Assembly: GCA_038087875.1 (NCBI GenBank)
Contig: CM075989.1
Span: 23,438,001-23,502,000, forward strand
DNA length: 64,000 nucleotides
From: Malacoraja senta
Taxonomy: Eukaryota
Direction: 5' to 3'
Part shown: one piece after another, positions 40,384-52,480 of the stretch
Layout: every line of letters begins with the position of its first letter
Numbering within the stretch: position 1 is the stretch's first letter
Notes under the pieces: model-generated
Seen by the model: only the letters and a program-made list of their open reading frames with translations
Database searches by the model: none
Told to the model about the DNA's origin: nothing
Position numbers and translations under genes: made by a program

Positions 40384-40598
40384 AAAGTTTATTGGACATT
40401 GGACATTCTGAACACATGGAAGATCAGCAAGGAGACATTGATGATTATGAAGAAAATTCTTTTGATTACACAGCAGGGAGAAAAGGTCCCGATGATACTT
40501 CAGATTCAACAAAAATGTCAGATGAAGAAAGTATAAGAGATATATACTTTACTTTTGAAAAAGAAGCTGAACGATACGGAATGGACTTAAAACCGTAA
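40384..40598 (+). CDS. ZNF710: ZNF710 last coding exon (acidic tail, TAA stop)
   Basis: cacAG|AAAGT, phase 1 matching the previous exon; DIDDYEENSFDY; spliced CDS totals 1992 nt = 663 aa + stop. Confidence 0.85.
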
Positions 40599-40991
40599 CT
40601 GAAGTGAAGCCAAAAATTAAATTGATCCTGTGCTTTGACCATTGTTAATTGTGCATAGCTTTTTATTAATGCTACAGTTGCAGATTTGAAATTACATTCC
40701 AACTCTAAGTCTATGTTCACAAAAACATTGTAATGTGAATCCATTTTACACGTTACTAATCTCAGGGTTTTGTGAGGATTTTTTTCTTTAAGACGGTCTC
40801 TTCTGGACCAAAAGCAGATGACTACTACCAAAATTATGTTGGTCTTTACTGTGTAAAATGTAACTTCAAAATAGGTTCTGTATATAAACATTAAACACAC
40901 ACACTTACTGGCAGTAATTCATTGAATTACATCGTGGAGTGGCTTTTGTGGATTTATTTTCTTACTGGACTATATAATCATCTACAATAGC

Positions 40992-40997
40992 AATAAA
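40992..40997 (+). terminator. Candidate ZNF710 poly(A) signal AATAAA (ATTAAA also at 40890)
   Basis: First canonical AATAAA seen ~400 nt after the stop codon. Confidence 0.45.
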
Positions 40998-42871
40998 AAT
41001 AACAAATCTGTTTAATGATTGTGTGAACGGAAGAGTTTCTTTGGCTGACCTGAAATTTAAATTCATTAGAATTGAAGAGGGGAAAAAAACATGAAGTGAC
41101 AAGGGATGAACCTGTCGGCTAAGGTGCTCTCCAAACCTACATCTCTTCCATCCACCCTCACGTTATACCATTGGCAAACCATTATCTTCTCTGCTAAATT
41201 TCTCTTACACAAACATTCTGGATAGCATAAATGACTTGACTACAACTGGATTTAAACATCTCTCTGGTTTCCTCCAGATGGAGATGTTTAAAACTAGATG
41301 TAGTCAAGTCATCAATTATCCCATCTCATAATCGATACATGAGGAGCCTGTGGACTCATTGGTTACTAAGCTTAAGAACAGCTCATTCTGACTTTCTCCT
41401 ACCCCACTAGGTAAGATATATAATTCCTTTATTCCTAGCCCCAAACTTGAAACATTCTTTGCTTAATGTTCTATAATTCTTTCTTCAAGCTTCTCTATTT
41501 TTCTTTTTTAAGTCACTCCTTAAAGGACCTACACTGAACCAAACGATTACCTGCTCTAATAAGGCTCTGCATCACTTCTCTGTGAAGTGTCTTGTGTTGG
41601 TTGTGTTGTAGATGTTTTGTTGAAGCTGTAGAGAGAAGGTAAGTGTTGGTGGGCAGAGGGGATTATTCGGGACTTAATCTAATAGCACTTACGCAATATT
41701 AAATAATTTGGAAGACCAAACTAACCAACCTTTTGTCGACTATAAATTCTTGTCTGTATTGGAAGCCAGCTATCTTATGGTTTAAGGAAATGCTCAGATG
41801 ACTAGGCTTAAAGTTCTGCAATTCTTATGGGATTATATGTAGAATGAGTTTTTAAGTCACATTAAGACAAAGAAACAGTTTTAAGTCACATTGAGGAATA
41901 CCAACTCTTCAGGTATAGTTCAATACAGATTTGTGGACAGGTTGGAGAATGGACTGCAAAATGCCAGCCAGCCACCCACACAAAGAAATCTGTCACTTTA
42001 GAAAAGCTGGAAGAAATAGAGATTTGGGAGAAGAAAATGCTCAAGAACAGCACTGAAGATCAGTGATGACCAAGAATTTTTTTAGGGCTAAGAAAGCACC
42101 ACTTTAACATCGTCGTCCTTTGGCTGCTAGGTTCCTTTGGTATAGGGAATTCAACTGTAGGTTATGTATTCACATGTTTAACCAAACCCTCGTATAGATG
42201 AGACAAAATGCTGGAGTAACTCCGCAGGTCAAGCAGCATCTTTGGAGAACATGGATAGGTGACATTTTGGGTTGGAACCCTTTTTCTGACTGATTTAGAG
42301 GGGTTCTGACCCAAAATGATACCTATCTATGTTCTCCAACAATACTGCTTGACCTGCTTGTTGGTCTGTTTTGTGTCTTTTTGGTGTAAACCAGCATCTG
42401 CTAATACTTGTTATTACAGGTGTAGGAAGGAAAACTGCAGATGCTGGTTTAAACCAAAGATAAAGTTGGAGTAACTCAGCAGGACAGGCAGCATATCTGG
42501 AAATAAGGAATAGGTGACGATTCAGGTTGAGATTCTTCATTATGCTGTAGATAAATGGAGGAAGCTATTAACCTCTTCCTTACCCTTTGTTTTGTGAGGT
42601 TCTTAAATGGTCAACATCCTCCCCAACTCAGTTGGTGTAAAAAAAACAACCTCTAATTGGTTCCAGTGTTGCCAGAAATCATTTGGTAGGACTCCAAGAT
42701 TACTTTAGAGATGTTGCCCTCCACTGAAAAGCATCAATACCATGTTAAAATGTACACCATTGTGACTTTCTACAACACTATAGTATCAGTCGAATGACAA
42801 ACAAATTTACACTAACATTTGTCTCAATGCGTTCCGAAACCCTGCCACGTGTGGTTAAAAAAATGTGTAGA

Positions 42872-42885
42872 GCACCATCTGCTGG
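42872..42885 (-). promoter_or_regulatory. Candidate CTCF site
   Basis: CCAGCAGATGGTGC versus consensus CCASYAGRKGGCRS (1 mismatch); intergenic between the convergent genes. Confidence 0.45.
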
Positions 42886-42972
42886 CTGTTACTTGAAACC
42901 TTTGTCTCCATACATTGCATGTTTCCTTTGGTGTAGCAGCATCAGTCTCATCATAGTGATCTGAGCAACATA

Positions 42973-44587
42973 CAGTGGCTTGCAAAAGTATTCATACCCC
43001 TTGAACCTTTCCACATTTTGTCACGTTACAACCACAAACGTAAAGGTATTTTATTGGGATTTTATGTGATAGACCAACACAAAGTGGTGCATAATTGTGA
43101 CGTGGAAGGAAAATGATACATGGTTTTCAAATTTTTTTACAAATAAAAAACTGAAAAGTGTGGCGTGCAAAAGTATTCAGCCCCCCTGAGTCAATACTTT
43201 GTAGAACCATCTTTCGCTGCAATTACAGCTGCAAGTCTTTTGGGGTATGTCTCTACCAGCTTTGCACATCTAGAGACTGAAATGTTTGCCCATTCTTCTT
43301 TGCAAAATAGCTCAAGCTCAGTCAGATTGGATGGAGAGCATCTGTGAAAAGCAATTTTCAAGTCTTGCCAGAGATTCTCAATTGGATTTAGGTCTGGACT
43401 TTGACTGGGCCATTCTAACACATGAATATGCTTTGATCGAAACCATTCCATTGTAGCTCTGGCTATATGTTTAGGGTTGTTGTCCTGCTGGAAGGTGAAC
43501 CTCCGCCCCAGTCTCAAGTCTTTTGCAGACTAACTGGTTTTCTTCCAAGATTGCCATGTATTTGGCTCCATCCATCTTCCCATCAACTCTGACCAGCTTC
43601 CCTGTCCCTGCTGAAGAAAAGCACCCCCACAGCATGATGCTGCCACCACCATGTTTCACAGTGGGGATGGTGTGTTCAGGGTGATGTGCAGTGTTAGGTT
43701 TCCGCCACACATAGCGTTTTGCATTTAGGCCAAAAACTTCAATTTTGGTCTCATCTGACCAGAGCACCTTCCTCCACATGTTTGCTGTGTCCCCCACATG
43801 GCTTGTGGCAAACTGCAAACGGGACTTCTTATGGCTTTTTTTCAACAATGGCTTTCTTCTTGCCACTCTTCCATAAAGGCCCGATTTGTGGAGTGCACGA
43901 CTAATAGTTGTCCTGTGGACAGATTCTCCCACCTGAGCTGTGGATCTCTGCAGCTCCTCCAGAGTTACCATGGGCCTCTTGGCTGCTTCTCTGATCAATG
44001 CTCTCCTTGCCCGGCCTGTCAGTTTAGGTGGATGGCCATGTCTTGGTAGGTATGCAGTTGTGCCATACTCTTTCCATTTTCGGATGATGGATTGAACAGT
44101 GCTCCGTGAGATGTTCAAAGCTTGGGATATTTTTTTATAACCTAACCCTGCTTTAAACATCTCCACAACTTTATCCCTGACCTGTCTGGTCTGTTCCTTG
44201 GGCTTCATGATGCTGTTTGTTCACTAATGTTCTCTAACAAACCTCTGAGGCCTTCACAGAACAGCTGTATTTATACTGAGATTAGATTACTCACAAGTGG
44301 ACTCTATTTACTAATTAGGTGACTTCTGAAGGCAATTGGTTGCACTGGATTTTATTTAGGGGTATCAGAGTAAAGGGGGCTGAATACTTTTGAACGCCAC
44401 ACTTTTCAGTTTTTTATTTCTAAAAAAATTTGAAAACCATGTATCATTTTCTTTCCACTTCACAATTATGCACCACTTTGTGTTGGTCTATCACATAAAA
44501 TCCCAATAAAATACATTTACGTTTGTGGTTGTAATGTGACAAAATGTGGAAAAGTTCAAGGGGTATGAATACTTTTGCAAGCCACTG
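42973..44587 (-). mobile_element. Tc1/mariner DD34E transposon, full length (1615 bp), IR/DR type
   Basis: TA target duplication at 42971-42972 and 44588-44589; ~213-bp TIRs starting CAGTGGCTTGCAAAAGTATTCA (42973-43185 and 44375-44587) with internal direct repeats. Confidence 0.97.
43191..44208 (-). pseudogene. Tc1 transposase with a single frameshift near 43530
   Basis: Paired-like HTH N-terminus, WSDETK, QQDNNPKH...SPDLNPIEN (D-34-E), ends TKY*; split across two overlapping ORFs. Confidence 0.92.
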
Positions 44588-44938
44588 TACATTTGGCATT
44601 CATTTGCTATGAACGATTACAAGGCATTAGCTTGGGTGGGGCATTCGGGAGGGAACAGGGATGGTCCATCCAGTGGCAGTTCAGCAGTGATTGCGGTGCC
44701 GGAAACACTTGATCGATCCTGGCTGTGGATGAGGTGCAGGTCTGTGTCCATGCCGCCGAATGTTTTTCACTTGTGACCTAGGCATGTGCAAGCGGAATAC
44801 CGAACTCACTTATTAATGTCAAATTTGTAACACCAAGTAATAATTATTTGTTTTGCCTGCACAATTACTTTGTTGCATAAACCTTCCTTTGCAATGAAAA
44901 TCAAAACAGTATACACAAAGTTGCACTTTAAAATGTTT

Positions 44939-44944
44939 TTTATT
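44939..44944 (-). terminator. Candidate IDH2 poly(A) signal AATAAA (a proximal one is at 45156-45161)
   Basis: TTTATT on the + strand ~260 nt past the stop codon. Confidence 0.55.
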
Positions 44945-45201
44945 GCTTCTTGTTAATTAATGCCAACTTCATTCCTAGTGACAAATATATTACAGATCTT
45001 AAATGAAATGTTTCACAATACAAAACTCACATCAATTCCCAATAAACTTCTGTACAATGTCCTCCCAGGCAATACTGGGAAATCAGATCCATAATAAATT
45101 TAAAACTTAAAAAAATATGTAATGACTGGCTTTTTCCCCTTCTATTTGATGTGACTTTATTCTTAAGTTAAAATGAGGTAAAAATGGATCTTTTAGACCA
45201 T

Positions 45202-45289
45202 CTACTTCTTTCCTAGGGCTTTTTCCAAGTTATTCTTTATGGCATCCAAGAAGTCAGTAGTGTTCACATAATGTTCGTTCAGTCGGACA
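45202..45289 (-). CDS. IDH2: IDH2 exon 11 coding part (TAG stop)
   Basis: [28 protein letters not shown]; spliced CDS totals 1407 nt = 468 aa + stop. Confidence 0.96.
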
Positions 45290-46075
45290 CTGCAGAAGGA
45301 AATTAGAAAAAATTCAATTTTAAGACCAATATTTATCTTGTGATTAAGTTTTCCTGCATCCTTATTTTAAAAAATCTAGGGCATATCTACATAAGGCCTT
45401 GCAATTGATTTTCCATTTGTTAAACATCTGCAACCACCAAATGTCACCACGGATTCCTTGGGTAACAATGACAATGCAATGGTTGACATGCTGACTCCCA
45501 TTCCTAAATAGAGTGATTCAGTGCAGAAACAGGCCCTTCGGCCCAACTTTCCCACACCAGCCAACATGTCCCAGCTACACTAGCCAACTTAACTTGTCCT
45601 CTCACCCAGGCAACCCCAGTGCATTAACTCATTACGCTCACACCTTCACATAACCGACCATATAAAAGTGTGGGTGACAGTAGCAGTTCCCCATGCTTCT
45701 TGCCTTTATACCCAAACCTCAACAGCTTTAAAGTACCAAGTTAGATTTCCCCCCTCTAACTCATAATCTCTGAAAATCAACCAAAATCCCATGTCCTCAC
45801 TGTCTAGGCTACCAGTTTCTCTAATTCACATGGTGGCCATTCCAGTCTGGATTATAATTTGAATGTTCCAGGACAGCCCCCTAATAAATGCATACTAGTC
45901 AAGTGCTGAGATGAACCTAGCTGATAAGTGATTTGTGCACTCTTTGTACAGATCAAACAGTTCATTCTAAACAACCTTGTATTATCAGTATAATTTTAAT
46001 TGTAAAATAGTAAATTAATCAAAATCTCAGAAGGACTTTGAATAACAATTGATGTAATTAAAACACTAAACTTAC

Positions 46076-46168
46076 TGGCTGAGTCCATGGATACAACCAG
46101 CCAGATCCTTTGTCATGACACCACTCTCAACTGTTTCAACGCAAACCTGTTCCAATGTCAGAGCAAAC
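46076..46168 (-). CDS. IDH2: IDH2 exon 10 (93 nt)
   Basis: [33 protein letters not shown] acceptor, GTAAG donor. Confidence 0.96.
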
Positions 46169-47199
46169 CTTTAATGGGAAAAATGATGTTAGAGCAACTG
46201 TATTAGCACATTTAAATATAACAAGTTACAATAGAATTGAATCCAATACTGTTGCTGCAGATAGAAGCTATACCTGAACAGTTCCTGGAGGATTAATACC
46301 AGATTTGGGACTGGTGAGAATTTTGCTAAAACATGGAATCATAAGAACCAATGCTGTGCACTTAACCCTGGTACGTTTGACTGTAAACATAGGTGGCAAC
46401 TGTCCATGAATTAGGCACAGAGCACACAAGGGATACACCCAAGATGAGTGTGGAAGAAGGAACTGCAGATGCTGGTTTAAACCACAGATAGACACAAGAC
46501 GCAGTCTGAAGAAGGCTCTCAGCCTGAAACGTCAACCATTCCTTCCCTTCAGAGATGCTGCCAGTCCTCCTAGGTTACTCCAGCTTTTTGTGTAACCCAT
46601 GACGTGGTCATTTTCAGGAATCTCTCCGATGTCAGCTGCAGGATGTGATATGAATCAAGGAAGTGTTGCCAGAGACCAGGAAACACATTCCTGATGTCAG
46701 CTTTTACATTCACCTCTGCCACAGTCATGCAATGACATCCAGCCACAGGATGGATAAGGGACTCCTCCTGCACTTGAAAGGTCATTCCCAGGCACTTATG
46801 CAGTCTGACAGTCAATCTCTTACTCTTCAGGAAATCCTCCCAGTCAGGCCAGTTAAGAAATGAGTACAAGTTGTCAGGCGTTTGGGCAGCTAAGGCTATG
46901 TAGGTGAAATCCACATGGTCCTATCTACAAATGCTTACAAAGTTGTACAATATTAATAAATCAAAGTCAGTGACCAAACAAACCATTGTAGGGCCAGATT
47001 CATTCCATAGGCTCCCCAGTGACCTCTGCAGTTAGAAGACAGTACTGACATGATTGGACTAATCACCGAGATGGATGCAATGGCTCCATGGGACCATGGA
47101 TAAGCAGCTTGGATCTCAAACCCAAACTCATCCACGGTTACATTATTGAAATGGTAAAAAAAAAAACAGGGTGATCAAAGAGTGCAACTACATGCTAAA

Positions 47200-47273
47200 T
47201 AATTTTTAAATGACTTTAAATTATGCCAGTAGTTTCTAATTTTTAAATGACTTTAAATTATGCCAGTAGTTTC
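47200..47273. repeat. Perfect 37-bp tandem duplication
   Basis: TAATTTTTAAATGACTTTAAATTATGCCAGTAGTTTC x2. Confidence 0.9.
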
Positions 47274-47462
47274 CCAACAGGTCACAGGGGAACCTGTTAA
47301 ATAAATCTGATCATAAAACAATTTTAATTTGGTCACATGATCCATATCCTTCCAATACCTATATAAAAGTATCTTAAATACCACTGTAGTATCTGCTTCC
47401 ACAGCAGCCAACACTTTACAATTTAACTGAATATTCAAGAAATATTTAATCCATGTCTTTAC

Positions 47463-47560
47463 CTAATGAGCTCTTGATTGTCATCCAGCTTCCCACGGTG
47501 CTCAAGGCCTCGAGTCCATGCAAAAATACTAGCAATAGGATTGGTGCTAGTAGGATTGCC
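47463..47560 (-). CDS. IDH2: IDH2 exon 9 (98 nt)
   Basis: [32 protein letters not shown]. Confidence 0.97.
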
Positions 47561-48128
47561 CTGCAAAAGGAACATTTGGATCAGCCCTTTCCAACCATGA
47601 ATATAGTGCAGTTCTGTTTCACCGAAGCCATGATATTAACACAGACTTAAATATTCAAAGATTTAACTCTGCATTATCAAAATTGTTTTCAGTTGAAATT
47701 AGGACAATCTAACCAGCTTTAGTAATTTCAAAGAGAATTGGTTAATTACTCAGGAACAAAATAGGGCTGGAGGATAAAAGCAATGAATGGAATTAATTGA
47801 ACTTCTGAAGAGCCAATACAGGCGTGACAATGGCACCACAGGAAATGTAGATTCTAATTAATAAATTCAGAGTTTGAGATTAATTTTACAAAAGCCTACA
47901 TTTAAAATCCTTATTTAAAGGGCTCCCTTTTGGATTAACACCAATGAGAATGGTAGTTAATGCAAGTTCAAGACCAATTAAACATGAATTATTGTAAGAA
48001 TGCCCAGATAAAATAGGTTTATGAATGGGCTTACTCAGTGTAAAAGGTAGTCCAATATTTATTTTTGGAAAAGCAATTCTCAGATGACATTTTTGTGAAA
48101 CCATTTAAGCACTGTTATACAAACATCA

Positions 48129-48380
<252 letters not shown>

Positions 48381-48732
48381 TCAGCATCACTTCAAAATTG
48401 TCGTAAAGCACGATGTTCAGCAATGCGAGCTGCCTTTGCAATAATATTTATATTATAGATTTACTGGGTTTACAACACAAATCATTTTCAGTACTATTTT
48501 AAGCTTACTGGCACAAAGCAAATGGAGCACTCAAAGCAAGAAGACTTTCAATCCTTAAAGGGTCAGAGAAGTTGAAACCACTTCTAATTTTGGTATGAAA
48601 TTAGACATGTATTATTAGCACAGATGGTAGAATTAGAGCATGAAAACAGGCTCAGCTAACCTGTCTGTGCCGACTAAATCTGTATTCTGGGCTGGTCACT
48701 TTTGCCTGCATTGGGCCCATGTCTCTCTAAAC

Positions 48733-50327
48733 CAGAGCTGCCAAGTTTTCTCAGAGCATTTCAGTATTCTAGTACCTGAAAATCAGTATTCTGCTGAGGA
48801 AATCAGTATTTTTACACGGTGCCATTTTTCTGAAAAAAGTGTTTTTATCTTATGTGCGGTCATACCCATGTATAGATACATAGATACATAGAAATTAGGT
48901 GCAGGAGTAGGCCATTCGGCCCTTCGAGCCTGCACCGCCATTCAATACGATCATGGCTGATCATCCAACTCAGTATCCCGTACCTGCCTTTTCTCCATAC
49001 CCCCTGATCCCTTTAGCCACAAGGGCCACATCTAATTCCCTCTTAAATATAGCCAATGAACTGGCCTCAACTACCCTCTGTGGCAGAGAGTTCCAGAGAT
49101 TCACTACTCTCTGTGTGAAAAAGTTTTTCCTCATCTCGGTCTTAAAGGATTTTCCCCTTATCCTTAAGCTGTGACCCCTTGTCCTGGACTTCCCCAACAT
49201 CGGGAACAATCTTCCTGCATCTAGCCTGTCCAACCCCATAAGAATCTTGTACGTTTCTATAAGATCCCCTCTCAATCTCCTAAATTCTAGCGAGTATAAG
49301 CCAAGTCTATCCAGTCTTTCTTCATATGAAAGTCCTGACATCCCAGGAATCAGTCTGGTGAACCTTCTCTGCACTCCCTCTATGGCTATAATGTCCTTCC
49401 TCAGATTTGGAGACCAAAACTGTACGCAATACTCCAGGTGTGGTCTCACCAAGACCCTGTACAACTGCAGTAGAACCTCACTGCTCCTATACTCAAATCC
49501 TCTTGCTATGAAGGCCAACATACCATTCGCTTTCTTCACTGCCTGCTGCACCTGCATGCCTACTTTCAATGACTGGTGTACCATGACACCCAGGTCTCGC
49601 TGCATCTCCCCATTTCCTAATCGGCCACCATTTAGATAATAGTCTGCCTTCCCGTTTTTGCTACCAAAGTGGATAACCTCACATTTAAGAGTACAAGAAT
49701 GCATAACTTTGCTACCAATTGACATATCTTCAACGCACCTTACTTGACAGTGCATTCAATGTAATCTCTTTGTATACTGCTGTTTGAACGACTGCTTCCT
49801 GCTTTTAGCACCAGATGATGATGTGGAAGCCATTTTGGAAGCCTCCCTCTCCCTCCCTCCGTCCCCTGCCACCCTCCCTCTCTTATTCCCTCCCACTTTC
49901 TCTCCTTCTCCCTCTCTCCCTCCCCTAACAGTCTGTGACCCACAGCGCTGTGTGTAAAGCCCATAGCGCTATGTGTAAAGGCAATAACGCACCAGCTGGG
50001 AGCGCTATTTTTAGAACCCATAGCGCTGTTCGTTTAAATTCCCACGCGTTAAACTGACAGCGATGTTTAAACCTGGAGCGGGACAGAGAAGCAAAGCTTA
50101 CAAAAATAATCATGCAGATCTTGAAATTTAAAATAGATTTAATCTGCTATAATTTTTAGAGGTACAGTATGACTTTTTATATCCTTGCATTTTTTAAGCA
50201 GCAAGATGAAACAGGAAGACGGGCTGATTTTTTTAAAATCCGTATTTTACAAAGCAAATCCATACATCCGTATTCTGATCGAATTTCCGTACAAAATACG
50301 GAAAATCCGTACTACTTGGCAGCTCTG
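48733..50327. mobile_element. Non-autonomous hAT-like DNA transposon containing a nested CR1
   Basis: Perfect 14-bp TIR CAGAGCTGCCAAGT / ACTTGGCAGCTCTG; CTAAAC duplication; subterminal TC(A/C)GTATT repeats at both ends. Confidence 0.8.
48871..49687 (-). mobile_element. CR1-type LINE, 5'-truncated young copy
   Basis: Open ORF2 C-terminus ...KCEVIHFG...LYRVLVRPHLEYCVQFWSP...RVVNLWNSLP; (CTATGTAT)n tail. Confidence 0.93.
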
Positions 50328-50605
50328 CTAAACCCTTCCTATCCATACACATCTACATGGGCTATAACATATCTACATGGGCTATAACTGGACTCTTCAA
50401 TCCCTGCATTTTAAAATTTCTCCAGCCCCAGAAATACACTACAAAATCAAACTGGGTAAAAAATAAAAAAAACTTTCCCCCTTTCCAATTTCTTCTCAAC
50501 AGACACCCTATGCTTTCTTCAGCTTGCGTGGACAGAGCCGAGTGAAATATACATTGTTAGATTTCAAAGACAAGTTTACTAATGATGGTTAAAATATGCA
50601 ATCAC

Positions 50606-50757
50606 CTTGAGCTAGAATATCAGACTGCACATCACCATCGTAGTTCTTGCAGGCCCACACAAATCCACCAGAGGATTTCAGCACTTGAGCAACCATATCA
50701 TCAATGAGGCGGTGCTCATACCATATGCCAGCCTTCTCAAATTCTCCTTTGTAGTTT
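50606..50757 (-). CDS. IDH2: IDH2 exon 7 (152 nt)
   Basis: [50 protein letters not shown] (IDH/IMDH signature). Confidence 0.97.
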
Positions 50758-51268
50758 CTGTGGGTGAAAATGATTTAATCCAAAACGATAAATCAGCACA
50801 AAAAAGCAATTTTAATAATCATATAATTCAGTGGATATTTTTAAGGCAGAGATAGATAGATTTTTGATTAGTACAGGTGTCAGAGGTTATGGGGAGAATG
50901 GGGTTAGGAGGGAGGGATAGATCAGCCATGATTGAATGGCAGAGTAGACTTGATCGTGCAAATGGCCTAATTCTACTCCTATCCCTTATGACCTTAGTAC
51001 AATAAACAAAAAGGAACAGTGAATGTTTTCTGATGACCTGTTGAAAATTATGGTTCCTTTATTCATTACCACTTATTCTGCCACTTTAAACATTTGAATA
51101 CCCAAAACTTCATGCAGACGTTGTCTACCCTCAACTATATTAGTAGCAGTCAATTTAATAAACATGCAATTCATCATTTTTGCCATTGAAGCTTCATCAG
51201 TTTTTCTCCACCAGATGAATCACAAATTGTAGGACAGCTTGGAATGGCAGAATTCCAATAGCTGAATG

Positions 51269-52241
51269 ATAGAAACATAGAAATTAGGTGCAGGAGTAGG
51301 CCATTCGGCCCTTCGAGCCTGCACCGCCATTCAAAATGATCATGGCTGATCATCCAACTCAGTATCCCGTACCTGCCTTCTCTCCATACCCTCTGATCCC
51401 TTTAGCCACAAGGGCCACATCTAACTCCCTCTTAAATATAGCCAATGAACTGGCCTCGACTACCCTCTGTGGCAGAGAGTTCCAGAGATTCACCACTCTC
51501 TGTGTGAAAAAAGTTCTTCTCATCTCGGTTTTAAAGGATTTCCCCCTTATCCTTAAGCTGTGACCCCTTGTCCTGGACTTCCCCAACATCGGGAGCAATC
51601 TTCCTGCATCTAGCCTGTCCAACCCCTTAAGAATTTTGTACGTTTCTATAAGATGCCCTCTCAATCTCCTAAATTCTAGAGAGTATAAACCAAGTCTATC
51701 CAGTCTTTCTTCATAAGACAGTCCTGACATCCCAGGAATCAGTCTGGCGAACCTTCTCTGCACTCCCTCTATGGCAATAATGTCCTTCCTCAGATTTGGA
51801 GACCAAAACTGTACGCAATACTCCAGGTGTGGTCTCACCAAGACCCTGTACAACTGCAGTAGAACCTCCCTGCTCCTATACTCAAATCCTTTTGCTATGA
51901 AAGCTAACATACCATTCACTTTCTTCACTGCCTGCTGCACCTGCATGCCTACTTTCAATGACTGGTGTACCTTGACACCCAGGTCTCGCTGCATCTCCCC
52001 TTTTCCTAGTCGGCCACCATTTAGATAATAGTCTGCTTTCCTGTTTTTGCAACCAAAATGGATAACCTCACATTTATCCACATTATACTGCATCTGCCAA
52101 ACATTTGCCCACTCACCCAGCCTATCCAAGTCACCTTGCAGTCTCCTAGCATCCTCCTCACAGCTAACACTGCCCCCCAGCTTAGTGTCATCCGCAAACT
52201 TGGAGATATTGCCTTCAATTCCCTCATCCAGGTCATTAATA
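51269..52241 (-). mobile_element. CR1-type LINE, 5'-truncated young copy
   Basis: Open ORF2 3' part including FADD and VRPHLEYCVQFWSP; nearly identical to the 48871-49687 copy. Confidence 0.93.
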
Positions 52242-52343
52242 TAGTGGCTACATGTAGGTGTACATTTTGATGTGATATCTCAAAGTTTCAAATGTCAACC
52301 TTTATTTTGGACAAAGGTTGTAAGAGAAGCAAGACATACTTAC

Positions 52344-52480
52344 TGCTGAAAAATCTCTTCAAAAATGTCCTTGAAACGCCCATCATAAGCTTTTAGAATA
52401 GTGTTCTTTGTACTCATGTAAAGTGGCAACTTCTTCTGCAGAGCATATTGAAAGCAACTGTGTGCAAAGCCACTGATGGA
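52344..52480 (-). CDS. IDH2: IDH2 exon 6 (137 nt)
   Basis: [45 protein letters not shown]. Confidence 0.97.

Noticed and set aside
24117..40598. Alternative identity as the paralogue ZNF366
   Set aside because: N-terminal GTQTD motif, short acidic tail and adjacency to IDH2 fit ZNF710
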